Below, piece by piece: positions 18,647-28,049 of a stretch of DNA of 64,000 nt. The notes beneath the pieces are model-generated. The model made no database searches and was not told the DNA's origin. It saw only the letters and a program-made list of their open reading frames with translations. The stretch's first letter is position 1. Each line of letters begins with the position of its first letter. The position numbers and the translations under genes are program-made. Source of the DNA: Solirubrobacterales bacterium (GTDB taxonomy: Bacteria > Actinomycetota > Thermoleophilia > Solirubrobacterales > 70-9); assembly GCA_035712025.1 (NCBI GenBank), contig DASTBO010000138.1, forward strand, positions 4,935-68,934. The letters run 5' to 3'.

Positions 18647-19378
18647 GTGAGCGCCAACGGACCAGTCGTCGTCGCCACCGACCTCCACCGCCGCTACGGC
18701 GAGGGCGATACCGCCGTCGATGCGCTCGACGGGGTCACCACCAGCTTCGAGCGCGACCGCTTCACGGCGATCATGGGACCCTCCGGCTCGGGCAAGTCGA
18801 CCCTGATGCACATCCTCGCCGGCCTCGACAAGCCGACCTCGGGCACGGTCGAGCTCGACGGCGTCGACATCACCAAGCTCGACGACGGCGAGCTGACCGA
18901 TCTGCGCCGCGACAAGCTCGGCTTCGTCTTCCAGTTCTTCAACCTGCTGCCGGTCCTCACCGCCGAGGAGAACCTGGTCCTGCCGCTCTCGATCGCCGGC
19001 CGCAAGCCCGACCGGCAGTGGGTCGACCAGCTGGTCGCCACCGTCGGCCTCGAGGACCGCCGCACCCACCGGCCGGCCGAGCTCTCCGGCGGCCAGCAGC
19101 AGCGGGTCGCCGTCGCCCGCGCCCTGGTCAGCAAGCCGGCCGTCGTCTTCGCCGACGAGCCGACCGGCAACCTCGACTCGAAGGCGAGCGCCGACGTGAT
19201 GGGCCTGCTGCGCCATGCGGTCGACGACTTCGGCCAGACGGTGGTGATGGTCACCCACGACCCGGTTGCCGCCGCCCACGCCGACCGGCTGATCACGCTG
19301 CAGGACGGGAAGGTCGTCAGCGACGCCGCCCCCGGCTCGGCCGCCGACGTGATCGAGCTGCAGAAGCAGCTTGACTAG
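18647..19378 (+). CDS. ABC transporter ATP-binding protein (MacB/LolD-type)
   Basis: GTG at 18647 within the 534-aa track ORF; Walker A GPSGSGKST, signature LSGGQQQRVAVARAL, Walker B VVFADEPTG. Confidence 0.9.
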   Translation: MSANGPVVVATDLHRRYGEGDTAVDALDGVTTSFERDRFTAIMGPSGSGKSTLMHILAGLDKPTSGTVELDGVDITKLDDGELTDLRRDKLGFVFQFFNLLPVLTAEENLVLPLSIAGRKPDRQWVDQLVATVGLEDRRTHRPAELSGGQQQRVAVARALVSKPAVVFADEPTGNLDSKASADVMGLLRHAVDDFGQTVVMVTHDPVAAAHADRLITLQDGKVVSDAAPGSAADVIELQKQLD

Positions 19379-21929
19379 CCTCGGCCTCAAGAGCCTCTGG
19401 GCTCGCAAGGTCCGAGCCCTGCTGACGAGCTTCGCCGTCTTCCTCGGCGTCGCCTTCGTCGCCGGCTCTTTCGTCCTCACCGACACGATCTTCGCCGCCT
19501 TCGACGAAATCTTCAGCGAGTCGCTGAAGGGGACCAGCGTCGTCGTCACCGCCGAGAACCCGGTCGAGCAGGAAAGCGGCGAAATTCCGACGATCAGCGC
19601 CTCGCTGCTGCCGCGGGTGGTGCGGACGCCGGGCGTGCGCGAAGCCGCCGGCGCGATCTTCACCCCCGGTGCCTTCTTCGACGCGGAGAACGAGAAGATC
19701 GGCAACAAATTCGCGCCGAAGTTCATCTCCTCGACGCTGCCGGGGGAGCTCGAGTCGCTCACCTACGTCGAGGGGCGCATGCCGCGCGGCCCGACCGAAG
19801 CTTCGCTCGACAAGGCGGCCGCCGACGCCGCCGATCTCGAGCCCGGCGACAGGATCAAACTGATCGGCCAGGGGAAGCTCGTGACCTTCCGGTTGGTCGG
19901 CCTGACCCAGCTCGGCAGCGCCTCCTTCGGCGGCGCCTCGATCGCCCAGGTGACGCTTCCGGTGGCCCAGCGCCTGACCCACAAGCGCGGCCGGTTCGAC
20001 CAGATCTCGGTCGCCGCCGCCGACGGCGTCTCGGCGCAGACCCTGAAACGGCGGATTGCCAAGCAGATGCCGGCCGGGGTCAGGGTCGAGACCGCGGAGG
20101 AAAACGCCGACCGCGGCTCGGATGAAATCCGCGACAACCTCGGCTTCCTGCGCACCTTCCTCCTCGTCTTCGGCTTCATCGCGGTCTTCGTCGGCTCGTT
20201 CCTGATCTTCAACACCTTCTCGATCACGGTCGCCCAGCGGATCAGCGAATTCGGGATGCTGCGCACCCTTGGCGCCTCCCGCCCGCAGATCCTCACCACG
20301 GTCATGGTCGAGGCGGTCGCGATCGGGCTGCTGGGCGCCCTGCTCGGCATCGCCGGCGGGTTCCTGATCGCCAAGGCGATCAACGCACTGTTCGAAGCGA
20401 TCGGGATCGACCTGCCGACGACGAGCCTGGTGCTGGAGTCGCGGACGGTGATCGTCGCCCTGCTGGTCGGCGTCCTGGTCACCCTCGTCTCCTCGCTGGT
20501 GCCGGCCCTCCGCTCGACCCGGGTGCCGCCGATCGCCGCCCTGCACTCCTTCCGGCCGACGCCGACCCGCCGCCGTCGCCTGGTCTATCTGGCGCTCTCG
20601 GTCCTGCTCGGGATCGCCGGCCTCGGGATGGTCCTGCTCGGGCTCTTCGGCGGCGGCAGCTCTGGGGCGCGGGCGGGGCTGATGGGCGGCGGCGCGGTCG
20701 CCGTGGTCTTCGCCGTATCGCTGTTCAGTCCGCGGCTGGTGCCGCCTCTCGCGGTCGTCGCCGGCTGGCCGCTGGAACGGGTGCGCCGCCTCACCGGCCG
20801 CCTCGCCCGCGAGAACGCCCAGCGCAACCCGAGCCGCACCGCGGTGACCGCGGCGGCGCTGATGATCGGCGTCACCCTGGTCGCCTTCGTCACCGTCTTC
20901 GCCGCCGGACTGAAGAGCACCGTCGCGCAGGTGGTCGACGAGAACTTCGCCGGCGGGCTGGTGATCCAGAACACCGACGGCTTCTCGCCGATCCCGAACG
21001 CGACCGCCAGGGCGGCCGAACGGGTCCCGGGGGTGAAGTTGGTGGCGACGATCCGCGGCGCCGAAGCGAAGCTCCTCGAAGGCGGAAGGCTGGGGGCGAA
21101 GACGCGGGTCAACGCGCCCTCGTCCAACATCGGCCAGGCCGTCAACGTCGAATGGAAGCAGGGTGGCCCGGCGGCCCTGCGGAACCTCTCGGACGAGGAG
21201 GCGATCCTCTCCGACGACTTCGCCAGCTCCCACGGACTCGGCCTCGGCGACCGCTTCCGGCTCCTGACCCAGACCCGCGCCACGCCGGCCTTCCGGGTGG
21301 TGGGCGAGTTCGACGCCAAGCTCGGGGTCCTCGGCAGCGTCCTCGTCACCCAGCCGGTGATGGCGCGCGACTTCGACCAGACCCAGGACCTGACCGACTT
21401 CGTCGAGGTCGAAGACGGCGCCGATCCCGTGCGGGTGCAGGCGCTGCTGACGAAAGGGGTCGAAACCGCCTTCCCGGTCGCCGAAGTGCTGAACCAGCAG
21501 GAACTGAAGGAAAGCCGCGAAGACCAGATCAACCAGCTCGTCAGCTTGGTCTACGCGCTGCTCGCCTTCGCGGTGGTGATCTCCCTCTTCGGGATCGCCA
21601 ACACGCTGGCGCTCTCGATCCACGAGCGCACCCGGGAGCTGGGGATGCTGCGCGCGATCGGGATGTCGCGGCGCCAGGTGCGGCGGATGATCCGCTACGA
21701 GGCGGTGATCACCGCCCTGATCGGCGGCATCCTCGGCCTCCTGCTGGGGATCGTCTTCGCCACCCTGATCGCCCAGCCGCTGAAGGACGAAGGCTTCACG
21801 CTCTCCTATCCGGTCGGCTCGCTGATCGCGGTCCTCGTCATCGCCGGATTGGCCGGCGTCCTGGCCGCGATCCTGCCCGCCCGCCGCGCCTCCCGCCTCG
21901 ACGTCCTCGAGTCGCTCCAGTACGAGTGA
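19371..21929 (+). CDS. ABC transporter permease with two FtsX domains
   Basis: 852 aa; TTG start overlapping the ATPase stop; two copies of an FtsX-like 4-TM module (..ISEFGMLRTLGASR.. and ..TRELGMLRAIGMSR..). Confidence 0.85.
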   Translation: MTSLGLKSLWARKVRALLTSFAVFLGVAFVAGSFVLTDTIFAAFDEIFSESLKGTSVVVTAENPVEQESGEIPTISASLLPRVVRTPGVREAAGAIFTPGAFFDAENEKIGNKFAPKFISSTLPGELESLTYVEGRMPRGPTEASLDKAAADAADLEPGDRIKLIGQGKLVTFRLVGLTQLGSASFGGASIAQVTLPVAQRLTHKRGRFDQISVAAADGVSAQTLKRRIAKQMPAGVRVETAEENADRGSDEIRDNLGFLRTFLLVFGFIAVFVGSFLIFNTFSITVAQRISEFGMLRTLGASRPQILTTVMVEAVAIGLLGALLGIAGGFLIAKAINALFEAIGIDLPTTSLVLESRTVIVALLVGVLVTLVSSLVPALRSTRVPPIAALHSFRPTPTRRRRLVYLALSVLLGIAGLGMVLLGLFGGGSSGARAGLMGGGAVAVVFAVSLFSPRLVPPLAVVAGWPLERVRRLTGRLARENAQRNPSRTAVTAAALMIGVTLVAFVTVFAAGLKSTVAQVVDENFAGGLVIQNTDGFSPIPNATARAAERVPGVKLVATIRGAEAKLLEGGRLGAKTRVNAPSSNIGQAVNVEWKQGGPAALRNLSDEEAILSDDFASSHGLGLGDRFRLLTQTRATPAFRVVGEFDAKLGVLGSVLVTQPVMARDFDQTQDLTDFVEVEDGADPVRVQALLTKGVETAFPVAEVLNQQELKESREDQINQLVSLVYALLAFAVVISLFGIANTLALSIHERTRELGMLRAIGMSRRQVRRMIRYEAVITALIGGILGLLLGIVFATLIAQPLKDEGFTLSYPVGSLIAVLVIAGLAGVLAAILPARRASRLDVLESLQYE

Positions 21930-22130
21930 CCTAGGCCCCTGCCGCCACCCCCGACCGCAGGGCGCTGTAGGCCGCCAGCGTCGCCGCGCGCGCCGAGGGG
22001 CAGCTCGCAGGGGCTGGGGAGACTCGGGGCGCGGTGCGAACGTCACACACAGGGGATTTCCGGCCGGCGTAGGGTGGAGGGCGTGGAGGCAGCGGCGAAA
22101 GTTCGGGCTTCGACCGGCGGGCTCGGTCCT

Positions 22131-23423
22131 ATGAAGGGGCTGCCGCCGGGGCCGCGGATGCCGCGGGCGCTGCAGACGGCGATCTGGTCGCGCCAGGCGC
22201 AGTGGTTCCTCGAGCAGGGCCGCGCCCGCTTCGGGCCGATGTTCTCGATCAAGATCGCCTACGAGGGCGACTGGGTGGTGCTCGCCGACCCGGAGCTGGT
22301 GAAGCAGGTCTTCACCGGCGATCCGAAGGTCTTCCACGCCGGCGAGGGCAACCAGATCCTGCGTCCGATCCTCGGCGAGAACTCGGTCCTCGTCCTCGAC
22401 GAGAAGCCGCACATGAGCCAGCGCAAGCTGCTGCTGCCGCCCTTCCACGGCGAGCGGATGCAGGCCTACGGCGAGAAGATGGCCGAGATCGCCGCCCGCG
22501 AGATCGACGCCTGGCCGACCGGCGTCCCCTACAAGCTGCGGCCGCGGATGCAGGCGATCACCCTGGAGATCATCATCGAGACGGTCTTCGGCGTCCACGA
22601 CGGGGAGCGGATGGAGCCGCTGCGCGAGGCCCTGCGGGACTTCCTCGACCTGACCACGAACCCGCGGGTGCTGCTGCCGGTGCTGATGGTCGGGCCCGAC
22701 CGCGTCAACCTGATCCCGGCCTTCCGTCGCCGGGTGCAGCGGGTCGACGCGCTGATCGCGCGCGAGATCGGCGAGCGCCGCGCCGCCGAGGACCTGGCCG
22801 AGCGCGACGACGTCCTCTCGCTGATGATCCAGGCCCGCCACGAGGACGGCAGCCCGATGAGCGACGCCGAGATCCGCGACGAGCTCCTCACCCTGCTGGT
22901 CGCCGGCCACGAGACGACCGCGACCGCGCTCTCCTGGGCGATGGAGCGGCTCAGCCGTCACCCGGAGAAGCTGGAGCGGCTGCGGGCCGAGGTCCTCGAC
23001 GGCGAGGACGAGTACCTGACGGCGACGATCCAGGAGACCCTGCGCCTGCGGCCGGTGATCGTGATCGTCGTCCGCAAGCTGACCGAGGCGGTCGAGCTCG
23101 GCGGCTACGAGCTGCCCGCCGGCGCCGGCGTCACCCCCTGCATCCACCTGATCCACCGCGACCCGAGCATCTACCCCGACCCGCACCGCTTCCTGCCCGA
23201 GCGGTTCATCGACAATCCGCCCGGCACCTACACCTGGATCCCCTTCGGCGGCGGCGTCCGCCGCTGCCTCGGCGCCGCCTTCGCCCAGTTCGAGATGGCG
23301 GTCGTCCTCCGCGAGCTGGTTCGTCGCCGCCGGATCGAGCCGGCGAACCCCGCCTCCGAGCGCAACTACCGCCGCGCCATCACCGAGACCCCTCGGCACG
23401 ACGCCGAGGTGATCCTCAACTGA
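22131..23423 (+). CDS. cytochrome P450
   Basis: ATG at 22131 (MKGLPPGP..); I-helix LLVAGHETTA, ETLRLRP, heme loop FGGGVRRCLGAAFA. Confidence 0.9.
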   Translation: MKGLPPGPRMPRALQTAIWSRQAQWFLEQGRARFGPMFSIKIAYEGDWVVLADPELVKQVFTGDPKVFHAGEGNQILRPILGENSVLVLDEKPHMSQRKLLLPPFHGERMQAYGEKMAEIAAREIDAWPTGVPYKLRPRMQAITLEIIIETVFGVHDGERMEPLREALRDFLDLTTNPRVLLPVLMVGPDRVNLIPAFRRRVQRVDALIAREIGERRAAEDLAERDDVLSLMIQARHEDGSPMSDAEIRDELLTLLVAGHETTATALSWAMERLSRHPEKLERLRAEVLDGEDEYLTATIQETLRLRPVIVIVVRKLTEAVELGGYELPAGAGVTPCIHLIHRDPSIYPDPHRFLPERFIDNPPGTYTWIPFGGGVRRCLGAAFAQFEMAVVLRELVRRRRIEPANPASERNYRRAITETPRHDAEVILN

Positions 23424-23442
23424 GCCAGCGGGCTCTCGATCG

Positions 23443-24255
23443 CTAGCGGTAGGCGATCAGCTCGACCAGGCTGCCGTCGGGTTCGCGGTAGTAGACGCTC
23501 CGCCCGGCTCCCCGCGCGCCGTTCCGCGGCACCGGTCCTTCGAGGACCTGCGCGCCGGACCCGGCGAGCGCCTCGACCGCGCTCTCGGCGCTTCCCGGCC
23601 AGACCAGGCAGACGTGGTCGACCTGAAGCTCGTCCCCGCGCCCCGGTCGAGGCCCGGGCCCGGGCCCGGGTGGGGGTGCGGGATCGCCTGCGGCCGCGGG
23701 CGCCGTCCGCCGCAGCAGCGGCAGCAGCACCGTTCCGAGCGCGTAGAGGACGGCGACGACGCCGAGACCCTGAGGGTCGACGTCGTCACCCGACGAGGAA
23801 AGCTCGGCGATCGCCAGCGTCGCCAGCAGCCAGAGAGCGGCGATCGTTCCGTAGCGGACCGCCTTGATCCCGTCGCCGTCGCGCTCGCCGGCTCCCGAGA
23901 GGAGCACGCAGGTGTGGCCGCCGGCGAAGGCGAGGATCAGGCAGGAGCCGGCCGACTTCCAGCCGTCGCCGTCGAAGTCCGACCAGATTGCCGCCGCGGT
24001 GGCGAGGAAGGCCAGCCCGGAGATCGCGATCGTCGCGAACCCGAGCAGCGAGAGCTGGGGCTGGCGCAGCGTCAGGTGGGAGCCGGCGACGGCGGTGAGG
24101 CTGAGGAAGGCCAGCGCAACCGCCGTCCCGATCGCCTTGGCGCTGGTGTCGTCGAGCTCGCTCCCCGAGAGGATGATCAGGATCAGCACGAAGGCGGCGG
24201 CGCAGAGGACGCCGACGCTGAGCTTGATCACCCCCTGCAGATCGTCGCCGCGCAC
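23443..24255 (-). CDS. membrane protein fused to a single VOC/glyoxalase-like module
   Basis: 270 aa; ~6 TM segments, PPPGPGPGPRPG linker, then ~65-aa VDHVCLVW..SVYYREPDGSLVELIAY (one beta-alpha-beta3 VOC module). Start uncertain (GTG 24255 or GTG 24231). Confidence 0.6.
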   Translation of the reverse strand: MRGDDLQGVIKLSVGVLCAAAFVLILIILSGSELDDTSAKAIGTAVALAFLSLTAVAGSHLTLRQPQLSLLGFATIAISGLAFLATAAAIWSDFDGDGWKSAGSCLILAFAGGHTCVLLSGAGERDGDGIKAVRYGTIAALWLLATLAIAELSSSGDDVDPQGLGVVAVLYALGTVLLPLLRRTAPAAAGDPAPPPGPGPGPRPGRGDELQVDHVCLVWPGSAESAVEALAGSGAQVLEGPVPRNGARGAGRSVYYREPDGSLVELIAYR

Positions 24256-24260
24256 AAGTG

Positions 24261-24288
24261 AAGAATCGGCCCCGGAGGGCCGATTCTT
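24261..24288. terminator. hairpin downstream of nrdJ
   Basis: Perfect 12-bp stem AAGAATCGGCCC / GGGCCGATTCTT with loop CGGA, 52 nt after the nrdJ stop. Confidence 0.5.
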
Positions 24289-24339
24289 GAGCGTTCAATC
24301 GAGGCGGCCCCAGGGCGGAGGACCGCGTGTCCTGCGCCC

Positions 24340-27156
24340 TCAGCCGCAGCCGGTGTTGTTGCCGCAGCTGCTGCACGTGTAACAGGAGCCCGTCCGCTGC
24401 ATCATGCCGCCGCACTGCTCGCAGGCCGGGCCGAGCTCCAGGCCCTGCATCTTCGCCGGGCGGACCGGCGGGGTTTCGGTCAGCGCCGAGGCCGCCGGGA
24501 CCGGGGCGGCGGGCTTCGCGGCCGCCTCGCCGTTGCCGCCGTTGGAGTGACCGTTGCCGTTGGCGGGGCCGGCGGTGTCGGTCGCGATCCCGAGGCCGAG
24601 CTGGGAGGTCTCCGCTTCCTTCTTGGCGCGAACCTCGGAGGTCATGATCCCCAGTTCCTCGAGGGTCTCGGTGTCCTCGATGAAGCGGCTCGCGAGCCAG
24701 CGCATGATGTAGTCCGGCATCGATTTCGCGAAGGGGATCTCCGGGTTGCGCGTCATCCCCTCCGGCTCGAAGCGCATGTAGCTGAACTTCTGGACGAAGG
24801 TCTCCAGCGGCACCCCGTACTGGAGGCCGAGCGAGATCGCCGTCGCGAAGGCGTTGAGCAGCCCGCGCATCGTCGAGCCCTCCTTGCCGATGTCGGTGAG
24901 GAAGATCTCGCCGACCGTGCCGTCGTCGTATTTGCCGGCGGTGATGTAGCCCTCGTGGCCGGCGATCGAGAACTTGTGGGTGATCGATTCGCGCTCGCGC
25001 GGCATCTTCTTGCGGACCGGCTCGGGCATCGCGACTTCGGCCTCGGACGCCTTCTCCTCCTGGGCGTCGGTCCGCAGCGCCTGCGCGGTCTTCGAGCCGT
25101 CGCGGTAGATCGCCAGCGCCTTCAGCCCGCCCTTCCAGCCGCGGGTGTAGGCGTCGGCGATGTCCTCCACGGTCGCCGTCTGCGGCAGGTTTACCGTCTT
25201 CGAGATCGCCCCGGAGATGAAGGGCTGGGTGGCGGCCATCATGTCGATGTGGCCGGTGTGCGAGATCGCCCGCTCGCCGACCGCGACGTCGAAGACCGGC
25301 AGGTGCTCGTCCTTCAGGCCGGGGGCGCCGACGATCGTGTTCTTCTCGGTGATGTGGGCGGCGATCTGGTCGATCTCCGCCTCCGAGTAGCCGAGCGTCT
25401 GCAGCGCCAGCGGCACCGAGCGGTTGGCGATCGTCATCTGCCCGCCGCCGACCAGCTCCTTGAACTTGACCAGCGAGAAGTCGGGCTCGATCCCGGTCGT
25501 GTCGCAGTCCATCAGGAAGCTGATCGTCCCGGTCGGCGCCAGCACCGTCGCCTGCGCGTTGCGGTAGCCGTGCTCCTCGCCGAGCTCGACGGCTTCGTCC
25601 CAGGCCCGCTGCGCGGCCTCGAGCAGGTCGCCCTTGACCCCGGTCCCGTCGACGTCGTAGGAGGCGTCGCGGTGCATCCGCATGACGCCGTTGTGCGGCT
25701 CCCGGTTCTTCTCGTAGGCCTCGTAGGCCCCGGTGGCGCCGGCGGCGATCAGCGCCGACTGGCGGTAGGCGCGGCCGGTCATCAGCGCCGTGATCGCGGC
25801 GGCGACGTTGCGGCCCTCGTCGGAGTCGTAGGGGAGGCCGTCGCTCATCAGCAGGGCGCCGAGGTTGGCGTAGCCGAGGCCGAGCTGGCGGAAGCGGTTG
25901 GCGTTCGCGGTGATCTCCTCGGTCGGGTAGCTGGAGAACCCGACGACGATCTCCTGGGCGAGGAAGACGACGTCGACCGCGTGCTCGAACTCGGCGGTGT
26001 CGAAGCTGCCGTCCTCGCGGCGGAACTTCATCAGGTTGAGCGAGGCGAGGTTGCAGGCCGAGTCGTCGACGTGCATGTACTCGCTGCACGGGTTGGAGGC
26101 GTTGATCCGGCCCGACTCCGGGCAGGTGTGCCAGCGGTTGATGATGGTGTCGTACTGGACGCCCGGGTCGGCGCAGCGCCAGGCGGCGTCGGCGATCTGG
26201 TTCATCAGCTCGCGCGCGTCCAGCGTCTTCGTCGTCGAGCCGTCCCGGCGCGCCTTCAGCTCCCAGTCCTCGCCGGCCTCGACCGCCTCCATGAACTCGT
26301 CGGTGACCCGCACCGAGTTGTTGGCGTTCTGGTACTGGATCGAGGTGAAGCCCTCGCCGTCGATCGACATGTCGAAGCCGGCGTCGCGCAGCGCCGCGGC
26401 CTTCTTCTCCTCGTCGGCCTTGCACCAGATGAAGTGCTCGATGTCCGGGTGGTCGACGTCGAGGACGACCATCTTCGCCGCCCGCCGCGTCTTGCCGCCG
26501 GACTTGATCGTCCCGGCCCAGGCGTCGGCGCCGCGCATGAAGCTGACCGGCCCGCTGGCGGTGCCGCCCTTGGAGAGCTGCTCGACCGAGCCGCGGATGT
26601 TGGAGAGGTTGATGCCGGAGCCCGAGCCGCCGCGGAAGATCTTCCCCTCTTTGGTGTTCCAGTCGAGGATCGACTCCATCGTGTCTTCGACGCTGAGGAT
26701 GAAGCAGGCCGAGCACTGCGGCGTCTCCTCGAAGCCGACGTTGAACCAGACCGGCGAGTTGAAGGCGGCCTTCTGGTTGAGCAGGATCGCGGTCAGCTCC
26801 ATCTCGAAGGCGTCGGCGTCCTCGGCCGAGGCGAAGTAGCCGCCCTCGCGCCCCCAGTTGGCGATCGTCCCGGCGACCCGGCCGATCATCTGCTTGACCG
26901 AGCTCTCGCGCTCGGGGCTGCCGAGCTGGCCGCGGAAGTACTTCTGGGCGACGATGTTGGTCGCGTTCTGCGACCAGGTCACCGGAAACTCGACCCCGCG
27001 CTGCTCGAAGGCCGGGCTCTCGGGGTTGCCGATCACCGCGTCGCGGATCTCCCACTCGACCTGGTCGAAAGGATGCACGCCGGGCGTCGAAAATCGCCGT
27101 TCTATCGAGAGGCCCCGGAGACCGTTCTTGGGACTGGCAGTGGCGGTCTTGGACAT
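24340..27156 (-). CDS. nrdJ: adenosylcobalamin-dependent (class II) ribonucleotide reductase
   Basis: 938 aa; ..ASNPCSEY.., ..LAPTGTISF.., C-terminal CEQCGG..CYTCSSCG zinc ribbon; strong RBS GAGAGGAG. Confidence 0.95.
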   Translation of the reverse strand: MSKTATASPKNGLRGLSIERRFSTPGVHPFDQVEWEIRDAVIGNPESPAFEQRGVEFPVTWSQNATNIVAQKYFRGQLGSPERESSVKQMIGRVAGTIANWGREGGYFASAEDADAFEMELTAILLNQKAAFNSPVWFNVGFEETPQCSACFILSVEDTMESILDWNTKEGKIFRGGSGSGINLSNIRGSVEQLSKGGTASGPVSFMRGADAWAGTIKSGGKTRRAAKMVVLDVDHPDIEHFIWCKADEEKKAAALRDAGFDMSIDGEGFTSIQYQNANNSVRVTDEFMEAVEAGEDWELKARRDGSTTKTLDARELMNQIADAAWRCADPGVQYDTIINRWHTCPESGRINASNPCSEYMHVDDSACNLASLNLMKFRREDGSFDTAEFEHAVDVVFLAQEIVVGFSSYPTEEITANANRFRQLGLGYANLGALLMSDGLPYDSDEGRNVAAAITALMTGRAYRQSALIAAGATGAYEAYEKNREPHNGVMRMHRDASYDVDGTGVKGDLLEAAQRAWDEAVELGEEHGYRNAQATVLAPTGTISFLMDCDTTGIEPDFSLVKFKELVGGGQMTIANRSVPLALQTLGYSEAEIDQIAAHITEKNTIVGAPGLKDEHLPVFDVAVGERAISHTGHIDMMAATQPFISGAISKTVNLPQTATVEDIADAYTRGWKGGLKALAIYRDGSKTAQALRTDAQEEKASEAEVAMPEPVRKKMPRERESITHKFSIAGHEGYITAGKYDDGTVGEIFLTDIGKEGSTMRGLLNAFATAISLGLQYGVPLETFVQKFSYMRFEPEGMTRNPEIPFAKSMPDYIMRWLASRFIEDTETLEELGIMTSEVRAKKEAETSQLGLGIATDTAGPANGNGHSNGGNGEAAAKPAAPVPAASALTETPPVRPAKMQGLELGPACEQCGGMMQRTGSCYTCSSCGNNTGCG

Positions 27157-27349
27157 CGAAATTCTCCTCTCACAGCGACTTTCAGGGGTAACTGGGCAGG
27201 ATCGCTGAAGGGCAGGACGGAAAAAGTCTCAAAAGGCGCAAATAAGGCGTTCCGAGGCTGCCGGGCTCTGCCCACAATTGTGCCAACTCCGGAAACTCGG
27301 CAAAGCATCCTTCCGTGTCGAGCGGCGCCGGCGAGGGTACGCTTCCAAT

Positions 27350-28048
27350 ATGGACGAACTGCGCAGAGGGGCGGAACGCGTCGGGGAGAAAGCCAGCGAG
27401 GCGATCGCCGCCGTCAAGCCGAAGCTGCGCGGCGTCTCGCACGAGTGGGCCTTCTTCCTCTCGCTCGGCTTCGGGGTGGCGCTGATCGTCCTCGCCGAGA
27501 ATCCGAAGGCGACCCTGGCGGTGGCGATCTACGCGATCAGCCTCTCGGCCCTGTTCGGGACCAGCGCCCTCTACCACCGCGTCAACTGGAGCCGGCCCAG
27601 CGTGCGCCAGTGGATGCGCCGGCTGGACCACTCGATGATCTTCTTCCTCATCGCCGGCACCTACACGCCCTTCGCCCTGCTGGTTCTGAACGGGACCCTG
27701 GCGATGGCGGTCCTCGCCGTCGTCTGGATCGGCGCGATCGCCGGCGCGATCGTCGAGATGATCTGGATCGACCACCCGAAATGGGCCTCGGCCCTGATCT
27801 ACCTCTCGCTCGGCTGGGTGGCCGTCGCCGCCTTCCCCGAGCTCTGGTCCTCGATGGGGCCCGCCGGGACCCTCCTCGTCGCCGCCGGCGGCCTCCTCTA
27901 CACCGCCGGCGCCGTCGTCTACGCCCTCCAGCGCCCGAACCCGATCCCGGCGACCTTCGGCTACCACGAGGTCTTCCACCTGCTGGTCATCGCCGCCGCG
28001 GTCGCCCACTTCTCCGCGGTCGCCTTCTTCGCCCTGCCGAAGGGTTGA
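27350..28048 (+). CDS. hemolysin III / PAQR family channel protein
   Basis: ATG at 27350; 7 TM; LRGVSHEW..LYHR..LDHSMIFFLIAGTYTP..HEVFHLLV conserved His motifs. Confidence 0.85.
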   Translation: MDELRRGAERVGEKASEAIAAVKPKLRGVSHEWAFFLSLGFGVALIVLAENPKATLAVAIYAISLSALFGTSALYHRVNWSRPSVRQWMRRLDHSMIFFLIAGTYTPFALLVLNGTLAMAVLAVVWIGAIAGAIVEMIWIDHPKWASALIYLSLGWVAVAAFPELWSSMGPAGTLLVAAGGLLYTAGAVVYALQRPNPIPATFGYHEVFHLLVIAAAVAHFSAVAFFALPKG

Positions 28049-28049
28049 G

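Noticed and set aside
19317-23399. 1360-aa minus-strand ORF, together with similar giant ORFs in the track (10204-12804, 23786-27055, 24547-28053, 44480-48319 N-part, 54796-57894 N-part, 32814-36392 N-part, 51638-54160).
   Set aside because: Their translations are Arg/Pro/Gly/Asp-rich low-complexity sequence lying antisense or out of frame to genes with clear family motifs. These are typical stop-codon-poor shadow ORFs of a ~70% GC genome. Only their motif-bearing terminal segments were kept where applicable.
27157-27349. Possible cobalamin riboswitch or NrdR boxes upstream of nrdJ.
   Set aside because: I found no B12-box-like core, and no pair of 16-bp acaCwAtATaTwGtgt-type palindromes. B12 riboswitches normally control B12-independent reductases, not nrdJ. 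Only the 10-bp palindrome and a degenerate repeat copy were noted.
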